Positions 1-12,870 of a DNA stretch of 64,000 nucleotides are shown here, in pieces. Both the position numbers and the translations under genes were made by a program. The stretch covers positions 2,732,508-2,796,507 of the forward strand of contig MU058584.1 in NCBI GenBank assembly GCA_013265495.1, written 5' to 3'. Under the pieces are notes generated by a model. That model did not search any database and was not told where the DNA came from. It saw only the letters and a program-made list of their open reading frames with translations. Numbering within the stretch: the stretch's first letter is position 1; each line of letters opens with the position of its first letter. Source of the DNA: Vicugna vicugna (Eukaryota).

Positions 1-2104
1 AAGAAAACTCAAGAAAAAACTACCCTGATGGGATCATTTGTGGAAACTGATATTTGTAAATACCCAAGAAGACAGTGAACTCTCGCATACATTTCTGAAC
101 CCCACCCCGCTACCACCATACCCAGCATACACATCCCACACAGCCCACCCTCAACCAATGTTAATGATTCTGGTCCTCGAAGGTGCTCTGAATTTATGGG
201 ACCCAGTCAGAGTGGAGGAGAATAAAGAGATGAAACCCCCAAATAGTTCCAATTCTAGTTTTTAAAGCTTATAGAAATACCGCTATCTGCAAATACAATT
301 AATACACACACTCCAACTATTCCAACTGTGTGATACCCAGGGAAAGACACCCTGAATATTCTTACAGGAGGAAGCTATAAAGAAGGCAGGAGGATGGATA
401 CATTTTCATAGTAATCTTGCCCTTCTCTTTGTATTAGTTAACATCTTGGGCTTCAGAATAAGGCAAAATTGGAATTTACTTATTAATGCAAAAACAACTG
501 CAAAAAAAAAATGGAGGCACAGAGAATGCCTGTGCAGCAAGGCATAGCAGATGTCAGTTCAAGTTTTCACCAGGTGGGAGAAAATAAAGCCATTCCGGGA
601 GTCACTGGGACACAGGTAGAGCCCTAAAATGCGAAGGCTGATAATACAAAAGGATAAAACCCTCTGAGTGGGGCTCCAGGCTCAGGAGATTTCTGCAAAC
701 TATTATCTAATTTGATTCCCCTCGCTGCATTACAGGGGGATTTAAAACACATCACCTCCAGCTGAAATGGGTTCTGGTAAATTTCTTGAGAGCGCTCACG
801 GATCTCACGTCATCCTCCGGGTTCAGGGTCAGCGCTACATTAATGACCCACCATTTATCCGCTGGGTAATTCGCTCCCTGGCAACCTACTTTATTTCTGC
901 TGTATGAATTCAGGAAGCAATTAATAGTTGCCACTAAAGCAACACGATTGAGGGTGCTTTTCCCAATAAAACTGCAGAGCAAGGCACTTCTCTTGCCCCA
1001 GGGCAGAGAAGGGAGGCAAAGCAGATTGGGGCAAAGTACTAAATAGGTTTGCTAATGTCCTGTCAGCCTCCTTCCCCTGCTTGGGCAGAAGTTGAGATGA
1101 CTTTCTGGCTCTTTCTCTTAGCGTGTTATTTCCACTCCATTTCAAAGGAATCATTCCTGTGGCTAACAGCTGTCCACGCTACCTTTTTTGACATCCTCTT
1201 CGCCTTCCGGTTCTGTTCAGGCGAAAGTAATTTAATAATAACACCATAAAAATCAGGGAGAGGGAGCCGTTTACTCATCAAGCCCCCCGCCCCAAATTAT
1301 TCCAATGCAAAAAAGGAATGAAAATAGGGGCGATCTCAGGATTTGACCTCAACTACACTTCACTGGCACTCTTTTAGGTAGCCAAGGCGGATAGCACCCC
1401 ATGAACAGAGAGGTTAAGTGACTTTCCCATCCCAGCACAGAGGGTCAGCAGAAAAGTTCAAATTCAAACAAAACCCACTGGCTTCCTGCTCAGAGCATCG
1501 ATTAGGACATTCTATCATTCCTCTTCCCTAAGGGGTCTGAGCCATTTGCTTCCAAGCTGCGGCACTGCTTCTGCTTGGCTGACCCAGCCCACACGCTCAG
1601 GCCCCTTCTCCCGGTCTTACTGCCGAGGGCTGCCCCTCCGACCTAACTAGAAGCAAGTGGAAGCCCCAGTTGGCTCCAAGGAGGAAAGACTCAGCTGGTG
1701 CGACTCTTCGGCCTTTCACCCTTCCCTTTTCAGCCCTACCCTCTTCTCCTTCCTGCCTGGAATGTGACTGCCAGGCTGAGCTGCCCGGTCTTTCTTGGCC
1801 ATGAGGATAAAGACCCACGGGCTAAGGAAAGGAGAACCACAGAAAGAGCCTAACTGCTGGTGGCGGATGAGCCGCCACACCGACCCAGTACCGCCTACCC
1901 GTAGACTCCTTGTGATGTGCCAAAAACAAACTCCACTCCATCTAAGCCAGGGTTACGTGGGTTTCTGTTATTTGAAGCTGAATGTAATTCAGTTGAGATT
2001 CTCTCTCTCTCAGAGACACACAGCAGTGTGCACCAATCTTTCAGCAGAAAGCAGAGCTATTCCTTAACATGGTAAAGAATGTCAGCCTCACACCCACCGC
2101 CAAC

Positions 2105-3570
2105 CTCTCACACTTAAAAAAATCAAAAGGCATTCATTTTTCTTTAAAATCTAGGGAAAAGGCAAGAATGTTCCCTATTACCACCACCATTTACATACTT
2201 AAGAAGTTCTGTCTAAAGAGGCAGACACTCCATTAAAACAAGCCCATCAGGAGTGGTTCAAAAAAAAAAAAGAAAGAAAGAAAAAGAAAGAAGCAGATAA
2301 AACAGACAGAGACATACAACAGCTAAAAAGAATGAGATACTATCGTCACAGTTTGAAAATAAGTAAAGCCAAGAGAGCAATAAAAAAAACCCTTAAAATT
2401 GATAGATTTAGTAAAATAGAGACAAGACAATATGTAAAAATGAATAGTCTTTCTATGATGTTAGTGACAAACAAAGTTTATGAAAGAGAAAAAGGGATTT
2501 TATTCACAGCGGTGGGAAAGCATACACTATCTAGGAATAACCCTAAAAATGTAATACGTGGGACCATTATAATGAAATGCAATTACACTGAAAGATGTAA
2601 AAGATTTGAGTAAACAGAGAGACCTGTCCTGTTCCTTAATGAGAAGAGTGGTTTACCAACGCAATAATTCCCAAAGTTTAGGACAATCCCAGTCAAAATC
2701 ACAATCACATTTTTTTCTCTAACTTGGCAAAATGAGTAAAACACACAACATGAAGAATGAATTCAGGAGAACAAAAGAGTCTTTATTTAAAATAAGAACT
2801 ATGGTGATAAAGGCAGTCTTTCCGTATTATATTAAAACATATATTATAAAGCCACAAAAGTTAAAATAGAATGACACAAGCAAACCTAGAACTGATAGAC
2901 AAATAAATGAAACCATTTAAGTCGCCCTGAAAAGTCTCCTCGAGGATATGCGTTCAGCTTCTGATAACAAAAGTATCATAAACAAATGGAGAAGAGAGAA
3001 GCTATTCTACAAAGGATGTCAGGAAAATTGGATATTGGAGAAAAGTAATTTCTTCACTTGACAATGTATAGTAATATGATTCTCGATGGATGGAAGAGTT
3101 AAAGGGCAAAAATGAAACCTTAAAAGTGACAATAAGGCCTAGGTGATCTCAGGAGTTCCAACTCCATGAAGACAGAGACCATGTCTGCTTGTCACCATAA
3201 TTTCTCCAGTGCTTGGCACGTTCCTGGCACAGAGAAGGGCTTCCGTACATACTTGTTTACTGACTAACTGGTATTAATGCCATGAAAGAAATCACAAAAG
3301 AAAAGGAGTTATTTCATTAAGATAAAATTATGTATATGATAAAAATTATAAAGCAAATTACAAACTAGGGAAAACATATCCATTAAATATGATAAAGGGT
3401 TAATTTATACACACATATGATAGACAGTGAAAAGTGTGTTATCAAAGAAAGAATAATAAAAGCAGAAAAGTACAAATGGCCATTAAACATTTGAAAAATT
3501 CTTCAAATACATATGTAATCCAAAAATGCAATGTAACCCTATAAGTCATCAAATATTTACAAATTAAAAG
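2105..3570 (+). mobile_element. Old, highly diverged L1 ORF2 fragments (L1M/L1ME-type)
   Basis: aaggcattc...gaaaaggcaagaatgttccctattaccaccacc...gaagttct resembles the L1 RT segment (SGTRQGCPLSP..EVL); A-rich strand bias. Confidence 0.65.
3150..3270 (+). mobile_element. L2 3' end fragment
   Basis: ctccatgaagacagagaccatgtctg...ccagtgcttggcacgttcctggcacagag is a typical L2 tail. Confidence 0.65.
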
Positions 3571-3584
3571 TGATCAATGAAGCC

Positions 3585-4235
3585 TAAAAAGACATTTCTC
3601 CAAAGAAGACGTACAAATGGCCAACAGGCACATGAGAAGATGCTAATTATTAGAGAAATGCAAATCAGAATTAATAGAGGTATCACTTCACACCAGTCAG
3701 AATGGGTATCATCAAAAAGTCTACAAGTAATACCTGCTGGAGAGGGTATGGAGAAAAGGGAATTCCCCTACACTGTTGGTGGTAATGTAAATTGGTGCGG
3801 CCACTATGGAGAACAGTATGGAGGTTCTTTAAAAAAAATAAAAATAGAGTTACCATATGATCCAGCCATCCCACTCCTGGGCATGTATCTGGAGGAAACT
3901 CTAACTCAAAAAGATGCATGCACAACAATGTTCATAGAGGCATTAGTTACAATAGCAAAGACATGGATGCAACCTAAATGTCCATCAACAGATGATTGGT
4001 TAAAGAAGATATATATATGAACTTATTTACAAAACAGAAAGAGACTCACAGACACAGGAAACAAACTTATGGTTACCAAAGGGAAAAGCAGAGGTGGAGG
4101 GGAGGGTTAAATTAGGAGCCTGGGGTTAACAGATACATACTGCTATATATAAAATGGATAAACAAAAGGACCTACTGTATAGCATTGGAAATTAGATTCA
4201 ATATCTTGTAATAACCTATAATGGAAAAGAACTTG
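3585..4235 (+). mobile_element. Younger L1 3' fragment (ORF2 C-terminus plus partial 3' UTR)
   Basis: ORF 3577-4020 contains [14 protein letters not shown]...TIAKTW.QPKCPS, followed by an artiodactyl-type 3' UTR (aacaaacttatggttaccaaaggg, aaggacctactgtatagca). Confidence 0.9.
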
Positions 4236-4311
4236 AAATTGAATAACACAATTCAAAAAGGTTTTGAATAGGCATTTCTTCAAAGAAAACATACAAATGG
4301 ATAATAAGTGG

Positions 4312-4450
4312 AGCTGACCCTTGAACAATGTAGAGTTTAGGGGACCCAACCTCCTGAAGAGTCAAAAATCCACTGATAACTTATAGTCACCTCTCCATAT
4401 GGGTGATTACTCCATATTCACTGTTCTACATCCTCTGCATCCATGGGATG
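4312..4450 (+). mobile_element. Tigger/TcMar DNA transposon fragment
   Basis: gctgacccttgaacaa...tttagggg...gtcaaaaatcca resembles a Tigger terminal repeat (CAGTTGACCCTTGAACAA). Confidence 0.6.
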
Positions 4451-6939
4451 ATTACTTAGAAGGCCTGCCTTCTCGGACAGACACTTGCAGAAGGTAAGAG
4501 GGATGAGCGCAGACTAGTCAGCATGGAAAGATGAAGGCCCACCTGGGGCTGAATGTCCTGGCTTGATCAGAGCCTGGACCGCACAGCTCAACCGAGGGCT
4601 CTGGTTTAAGCCTCCTTCCAAAAGCCCAAGAGTGGCTCTACCCTGATGAGGGGCCCGGTTCTCAACTTGATACTCTCCTAATTAGAAGTAAATCCCCATA
4701 ATACAGGAGAGCCTTTGCGTGTCCACAGTGCATTTTGGCCATGAGTCTCAAAGCATTGACAAAGGAAGCTGCAAGTGAAATTACTGATTGAATACATCTA
4801 GACACAGAGCAATCCCTGTGTCAATGTTGACAGAGCAGCCCTTTATCGCCCAGCTCCAAGAGGGCGAACATAAAGCAAAACCACCAGAGATGCTAGGAGG
4901 AAAAATAATATTTGCAACTAGACCCATGGAGCCTCGTATTCATTAAACAATAATCCCAATTAATAATAACAATTGTTGTTTCTAATCGTAAAGGTGTGTG
5001 GCTCTTTACAGTCTACAAAGCGTTACTCAGATTTCATAATCTCCTGCAATTCTTATACCAGCCCTGTCAGAATTTGCTCCATTTTCACACATGAAAAAAC
5101 TGACATTCTTAAACCTGGCCTTTCTGCCTCCAAACCCAGTGCTCTTTTGATCTCAAAATCATCCAGTTAAGCCAGTTTTCTTTTTTGTACTGAAAGACAG
5201 TAAATAGTAAATGTATGTCCAATATAAGGAGTCTTTTTATGCCACCAGCATAATAAAGACTGACTCTAAGTTCAAAACCAGTATTAGAAAGTCTCCCTTA
5301 GATTGAGCTGAACATCTCTCCAAGGAGCCCGTCCCACTCCTTAGCCCAGATGGCCACCACCCCTTCATCTCCAAAACCCTCCAAGGGCACCTGCGCAGCC
5401 CCCAAAGGGAACCAAGGAAATGCAACCTCCTTGATTCCTAATCCCCATACCATGATGTCAATTTCAAAATACTGAAATTTCCCCCTCCAAGATCCCGCCC
5501 CTCACTGCCATTCTCATCAAAAGTTTTCTATCTGACCTCCCTAGACCTCTATAATCAGTTTCCATCTTCATTTTGTGAGTTTTATATTATTCAGGGACAG
5601 AACTTGAATTTCCAATTAAACCATTCTATCTTTTTTATTTTCCTTTTTCACATTTGTATCACTAGTAACTAGAGGAGGAAAGGTAAGCCTCCTTCCTGAG
5701 CTGTTCAATTTAAATCTCTATTTAAAAAAAATAAAATATTCTTTCCAGCGCTGCCTTTTCACAATCTATCCAGTGCCCCCAAGATGAGGATTACCTATGA
5801 TAGCCCCACGGTCCTTGGATGAGAGAGAACAGAGCATCCTCTTCTCTCAGTTAATTACCATTTCTTGCCTGTACATTTGATTTCAATAAAGTCTCTCTAA
5901 TTACTTCAAATATCACTGCTCCTGCTTCCTCCCCTCTCTCCTGTGCCCCTCTTTCTCTTGGATTGCTGAGACGGATGAACTCAAACAGACCCACAAGCCT
6001 CAGGCGTCAGCGGCAAGGAGCAAAGACTTCTCCACGTTAATAAGCCAGGAGAGTTAATAAACCAGACTTCCCGAAGTTAATAAAGCGGGAAAACACAATT
6101 ATTACTATTTTTACTATTATTAAAATATTGCCACTATTGTTGTTTGTTATTCTCAGCCTCAGCGGCCGCTCTCCCAAGCCCCTCCCCCGCACCTGCCCAC
6201 CTCCCCTTCCTCCCTCCACCCTCACCAGTGGCAGTAATATTGTGTGAGTAATCCCAGAGGGGCTCCCCAGCACTGCCCCGTTGGAGGAAGCAATATTGGA
6301 GCGCGTGCAGCCCTCCCGTCCCTTCAGGCTCAGCTCTGCCCTTTTATATTACACACTGTTCAGTCAAATCCATCACTGGCCTCCCAGATCTTTCCAATAG
6401 GCTGGAGGAGGCTGGATGGAAATGATGATTAAAGGAGCTGGAGAGAGGGAGGAGGGGAAGCGGGCAAATGAGACGGGAGCGAAGAAATATCTTGTTGGGT
6501 TGGGTTGTAGACATGCCTGAGCTGTCAGTGAGTCTGATTTCCATACGATGGCTTCTGAGGCTCAGTATTTCTCTGCACCCTCTAGGCAATGTGTGGGTTT
6601 CTTAGGATCAGCTAGGGATACCTGCAGGTAAGGGCAATATTAACCACAAGTGCCTTCCAGACTCCCAGCAAGTGTGTTCCTCCTTCACCTGTCTTCTTTC
6701 CCTTTGAAGGAATAGCTGCATCCATGAAGAAGGCAGCCTTTTAGAAGTGGTCAGTGGAATGAAACAAGTGGAGAAAGAGACACAGGGCAGCAGAGCCTTA
6801 AAATTCATCTGGGTCAACTCCTCATTTCATGGATAGAGAAAGTGAAGTTCAAAAAAGTCAAGTGACGAGGCTGGCTAGTCAAGGAGAGAACCCAGACTGG
6901 ACCCTTTGCCTTATATTTTTTTTTTAATGAGCATGTTTT

Positions 6940-7110
6940 CTTTTTTTTTTTCTTTTCAATTTTATTTTTTATTGAAATGTAGTTGATTTATAGTATTAGT
7001 TTCAGGTATACAGCAAAGCAATTCAGTTATACATACATATTTTTTCAGATACTTTTCCATTATATGTTATTACAAGAAATTGAATGTAGTTCCCTGTGCT
7101 ACACAGTAGA
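6940..7110 (-). mobile_element. L1 3' UTR fragment with poly(T)
   Basis: Poly-T then ttattgaaatgtagttgattt...gttccctgtgctacacagtag, reverse complement of the L1 ends seen at ~19250-19400 and ~55680-55830. Confidence 0.85.
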
Positions 7111-7713
7111 TACCAGAGTAGCTACTCTGACAGAGGAGACAAAAATGATCAAGCCATTAGCATTTTTTTTTTGCTTGAAGAAGGTAAATGTTCTAATTCT
7201 AATTGAAATGATTTTACTTATTTCATAGACTTTGGAAACCTTTGTCTTTCAGTCATTTTAAATGATTTTGGGGAAAAAAATGTTCAATGATTACATAAGC
7301 CACAAAAACAACGGGTCGTGAAAATTAAACTCTGTGAACGTAAATGATTCTGCAGTCAGTAAGCTTATTCAGCTTTGTGAAGATCTAATGTATCTAAACC
7401 GTATGAAAGCTTAATCTGTCTGGATGCAATTAAATCTTGAATAATTCATGATGATTCTTCAGTAGAAATAAGATGATTCCTGCCTGTTTATTTTTTTAAA
7501 ATAAAAAAAAATGTAAAAACCTAAAGAATAAAATTTTTTAAATTTTCTTTCTGCAAGCGACTGCATCTTTCTTCCCCAGCTCTTCCTAGGCCCTCCTCCT
7601 CCACTCTGCTGCCAACATCCTGGGTATCCCACATCTAAAGCCTAACTCATCTGTTTCCCCAAATCTGCTAGTCCCATGAGGTCCCTGTTTCAGTGACTAG
7701 CATCACTACACCC

Positions 7714-7924
7714 CAGTGGTTCTCACCTCGGGGAGATTTCGCCACCCCGCCCAGGGGAGGCAGAGCAATGTTTAGAGATATTTTTGCTTGTCACAACTGA
7801 GACTGGTATCTAGTGGACAGAGCTGAAGGAAGCTGCTAAACACCCTACAGTGTGCAGGGCAGTGCCCCGCAACAGAGAATTATCCAGCCCAAAATGTCAA
7901 CAGAGCTGAGACAGGGAAACCCCA
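7714..7924 (+). mobile_element. MER20 (hAT-Charlie MITE) inserted in an L2 fragment
   Basis: cagtggttctc...tttttgcttgtcacaactg...tctagtgg...gctgctaaaca...aaaatgtcaa; 8-bp TSD ctacaccc (7706-7713) / ctgcaccc (7925-7932). Confidence 0.85.
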
Positions 7925-10349
7925 CTGCACCCACTCTGGCTCAATACCTCAGTTAGTTTGTCTTCTTGCCGGGAAATTGAAAACATGGGTCCGGAAACAA
8001 GGGTAGAGGTGAACTTGGTAGGTGTGGGATCCAAAAGTCCCCCTTCAAGGGATGCCAGTTGCACTTATGGGACTGGAGGCATTCATTGGTTGGGAGAAGG
8101 TGAGCAAAAGAGAAAGAGAAGATTATGGGAAAGGACCACAGAGGGACCAGGAAGAGAAAGAAGTACCCTGAGAAAAGACCCCAATCTAACCCCAACTTTC
8201 GGTTAACTCGACCTCTGCACATCATTCAGAACCCACTACAGGCCCAGGCCGTGTTTAAGAGGCCACCACAGCAGATATGGACCCCCGGAAAAAGCCTCAA
8301 CAGAGTCAAGCCCGACTTCAGAGAGGGAACCACAGACCACCGCGCGGTGTGCAGAGTGCAGCTGGATCCTGGAGCTGGGCCCTGCACTCCAAATCCTATC
8401 CCGGCACCCACCTAGAAGGACACTCAACACGGAGGACGCACCTCCCCACTGTCAGTCTGGGGTTTCTCTCCCCGAAGCCCTGGGCCGCCAGGGACAGAAA
8501 CTTGGCTGGACGACAGGGGCCACTCAGGGTCTGGACACAGCGCCCAGCCAGGGAGCACCTCCCGCATTGCTCTCAGCCCAAATCCACTCCCTTTTCAACA
8601 AGGTAGCTACTGCCAGCAGGAGGCTTTGGAAGGAGTCAAGTGTAATTAAAAGCTGTGAAAGCGGCATTGTCTCAATTGGAAATCCTTCTCACTGAGAGGC
8701 CTTTACTGGGGAATTCTCAGAGGTGGGGAGAGGCCAAAGCTGCTGCAGCCACCACCTCTACTTAGAGAGTCCAACAAGGAACTTTAATGGAAAAATGTTT
8801 CCATCGAACATGGAGGCCTGGAAATTGCATGGGCTCATTCATTCTGGGTCTGGAGTGGAGACTGGGGAGAGGAAGCGCAGTGAGAGAGGACGGAGAGGGA
8901 AGAGCACACGACACAAACTGGGAGAAAGGAAAACTCATTAACCAAAATGCCCGGCTGCGCCTCCGTTCAGCTCTTTCTCACGATCTCCCACGGAAGCCTC
9001 CGCATTGTGGTCAGTTGCCCACTGAGCCAAGAATCTGCTCCTGTGATTACCGTCCAGGCTGTGCGTTCAGTCATCTGGATGTCAGTCCCGGCTCCAGCAA
9101 CAGCCAGCCGGTCAGCGTGTGACTGAAGCAGGACACAGAGGACTGTGCATGTGTGTCATCCTGTCACTGGGCACAGGGCCACCTCCCAAGTGTGGACAAG
9201 TGGGTACAAGTGAGCGCAATGTACAAGCCCCACAGGCCGGAAAGCGAGCCCCCCATCACACCTCCACAGTGCTCCCACCCCGCCGTGAGGCTGTCCCGGC
9301 ACCTGGTCAGGAGCCCGGCAAAGTCAGACAGGTGATTCACCTGGTGGGGACACCTCTAGGGCTTGTGCCCGTGATGGCCGGCATCCTGCAGGAGGCACAG
9401 CTGTGAGAAGTGATCCAACAGAGAGAGTCAGCTTTCCGCAATTCGGTCATACTCAGACAGTGAAGGCAGACCTTAATTTCCTAATGAGTTCTAGGTTTCC
9501 TGCCAAATGACAAAGGGAAACTCACGTCATATCCCCTCACTCTCTTGGGTCTCCTGTTTTATCTCAGACCCACGTGGAAAAAAGTATGGTTTCCAGGGAC
9601 AAGCTCAGCTCACAGTGCAATGGTCAGGAGGAAAGCAATTTGTTTCTCTGGGGCAGAAATTTCAAAATACGAAATGATGCACACGACTGTATCAACGTGC
9701 ATCAGGACAGACCTCACCCACTGGTAAGAGAGAGCCCTGGGCTGAGAGCTGGAGAGCCCCCCACACACAAACCTACACCTTTGCAGACGTGCAAAGAGCT
9801 GGCTTGATGTCTAAGCACGACTGGGCCTCTCTGTCTCTAAAACATGTCAGCAACCTGAAGGCCATTCAGTGAAAGGCAATGAGCATGACGTGGGTCTGGG
9901 AAGGCTAATTCGTGCACTAAGAGAGTGCAATTGAACAGTCCCATTAAATGGGGAATGAGAACAGAGCAATGTAGCTGAAGGCAGGAAGTGCTCACATGCC
10001 AAAACAACTCCCCTCCAAAAGGCCTTACAGTGATGTAGCTGAATAAAATGTAACTAAAAGGGAAACAAAGGTCTTGGTGGAGCCTGACGGAAGAGGCTAT
10101 TTATTATTAGTAGAATCTATCAGACTGCCCTCTTACCCACCTCTCAAAAAAACATTCCCATGGAAACAAAATAATTTATAAAGAGTTATATTGCACATCA
10201 AATAATCAAAAATGTTATTGCTAGGCAAATAGGTACGTGGAGCATATGCGTGGCCCAGATGGGGGCTAGGGTTCTGGGGCTGACTCTGCCATCAGTCAGC
10301 TGTATGACTTCCACATGTGCTAAGTGAGAAGGCAGGACTCACAATGTTA

Positions 10350-10545
10350 ACAAGAGCTAACATGAAGGAATTTCTCTTTGCCAGAAATAACTGTTAAGTG
10401 CCCTCTCTGCACTTACTTCATCTTCACAACAATCCTGTAAGGTAGAGATATTATTATTCCCATTTTACAAATAAGAGAATTGAGGCATCAAAGGTAGTAA
10501 CAAGGACATATGGTAAGTGGCTGAGTCAAGACCTGAACAAAGTTC
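10350..10545 (-). mobile_element. MIR SINE
   Basis: cacaacaatcctgtaaggtag...attcccattttacaaataagagaattgagg core. Confidence 0.75.
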
Positions 10546-10549
10546 CTTT

Positions 10550-12210
10550 TCAGCAATGGCTGAGTAGCCGCTATCAGACCAGCTCCCCCACAGGTAACTA
10601 GAAATGCTAGGCAAAGTATAGGAAACCACTATGTGACGACATCAACCATGAGCAAAAGCAGGCAGATACTGAAGGGGAGTCAGCACATGGAGGCATGGAC
10701 TAGAACTGGGTAATTTTCCTGTTTTTCACAGCTTCTAGTCACACAGAGTGACTAAGAAACACAGATGGAAAAGCCACAGCTTCCTGGCTGAAAGGACCAA
10801 AGGACAGAATTCAGGGCAACCACAGCAGCTAAAAGTGAGAAAAGAAACCTGGAACTACCCAGAGAGGGGGAGTCCCAAATTTTATATACATGTTCTGCCC
10901 AAATCTCTAGCTGGCTCCTGGATCCCATGTGTGCTGGACAGACTCCAAGCTGCCCAAATAAGAATCAAAAAACTGAACTGCAATTCCAGCTGTAGCCCAC
11001 CACAGGGAAGACAGAGTTTGCAGTTTGAGCTCATTCAAGCTAACTGCCTGCCGGAAATTTCGTTAAATAAAATACAAATACTCCTTGAGGGAACATAAAA
11101 ATTCAGGTTATCTATATTGTACCATGTCCAAGATGCAACATAAATCATTAACATGACCCATACTGGAGAGAAAAGAAAATCAGCAGAGATCAACCCCAAA
11201 ATGACCCAGATGTTAGAATTAGCTGACAAGGATTGCAAAGCATCTATTATAACTATCCTCAAGGACATAAAGAAAAATACGCTCAAAAAGAATGAAAAGA
11301 TAGGAGCTAACATCACAGAAATTCAAACAACAAAAAAGAATCAAATGGAGCTTCTATAACAGCATTGTCTGATACAACTTTCTGCAACAACAGAAATGTT
11401 TTATATCTTTGCTGTCCAATACAGTGTCACTAGCTACATGTGGCCACTGAGTGCTTACAATGTGGCTAGTGCAACTCAGGAACTGAATTTTAAATTGTAC
11501 TTAATTTTAATTAATGTAGATTTAAATAGCCACATGTTGGTAGTGGCAACTGTACTGGGCAGAGCAGCTCTAGAACTAGAAAGGACACCATCTGAAATAA
11601 AAATTCACTGGATTGGACTAACAGCAGATTGAAAATGACAAAGAAATTGTTAATGACCTTAAACATAGGTCAATATCCAATTGGACAAACAGAGAGAAAA
11701 AAAAAGAATGACAACTATAACAAAAAAGAACAAGGGAAAGAATAAATGGATGTATACATTAGTTCCAGGGTTCTTACATTTTATGCGCAATGATACAATA
11801 TTAACTCTAAGTACATTGTGAGTACTTACATGTGCATATTGTAATCCTGGGAGCAATCATTTTTTTTTAAAGTTAGTAATAATCTAAAGAGGTATCATTA
11901 AAAAGCCAATAAGTAAATTAAAATGAAATTCTTAAAAAGAAAATCCATTAACCAAAAGAAAGTATGAAAGGAGAAATGGAGAACAAAAAACAGAGTGCAT
12001 AAATAGAAAGCAAATAATAATAATAAATAAATAGCAAATTTTCAAAAATAGCAAAACGGTAGACTGAAATCCAACTGTATTAATAATTACATTAAATGTT
12101 AATGGACTAAACACTCCAATTAAAAGAAAGAGGTTATCAAAAAGGATAAAGAAGCAAGACTCAGCTATATGTTCTCTATAGGAGTTGTACTTTAAAAATA
12201 AAGATTAAAA
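10550..12210 (+). mobile_element. Old L1 (L1M-type) 5'/ORF1 remnants and start of the ORF2 endonuclease
   Basis: ORF 11153-11359 resembles an old L1 ORF1 N-terminus; ~12080-12190 translates IITLNVNGLNTPIKRKRL (L1 APE domain start). Left boundary approximate. Confidence 0.75.
11360..11567. mobile_element. MER3-like hAT MITE nested in the old L1
   Basis: cagcattgtc...aactttctgc...ctagctacatgtggccactgag...aatagccacatg...gggcagagcag; degenerate 8-bp TSD ttctataa / ctctagaa. Confidence 0.8.
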
Positions 12211-12699
12211 ATCAGACAATCTGTTTGGAATCTCCTGTTTTTAACTATTATATTAATCATGACCTAAGAAGTACCTTCTATCTCTAAAATCCAATGATTC
12301 CACATGCATAAGTATATATGCATATATACACAAGTACTTATGTAAAAATATATTTTTTTACACTCAGGATACATAATGATCAAATTTATATGTGTGCCCA
12401 AACCCAGGAGTGATGATGGAGAAGGCAATTTTCCAAGTCAACCCACCATCATTGCTGATTTTGTTTCTCAATCAATGTTCACTGTGTCAGGCAATCAGAT
12501 GGAATTTTTGTGTTACTGTGTCCAGGAAAATCACTTCACTTATTCTCAGAGAGTGACTTAACTTCTCAGCAACAGAGCTGTCCTAGAACTGCTTGAATTT
12601 AAACCTTCATGGAAGAACTTGACACGATCTTTCCCACAGGGCCTAGTGACTAGAACAGGCAGCATCTCCAGGGCTCTGCCACACAGACAAAGCAGCAGT

Positions 12700-12870
12700 G
12701 ATACAAAGAGCACTGAACTTGCCATGAGACAGCCGAGCCTGATTCCCACCTGCACTGCTTAGAGATCATGGAACATGGGGACCGTCATTTAGCCTCTCTG
12801 ATCCTCAGCCTCCTCATCACGAAGGAGGTTGTGGTGATGATGACATAAGAGTGTCTGTTCACAGACTCTC
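12700..12870 (+). mobile_element. MIR fragment
   Basis: catttagcctctctgatcctcagcctcctcatc core. Confidence 0.55.

Noticed and set aside
3577..4020. 147-aa ORF (also 18832-19074 and 11153-11359)
   Set aside because: Fragments of L1 ORF2/ORF1, not host genes; no intact full-length L1 in the window.
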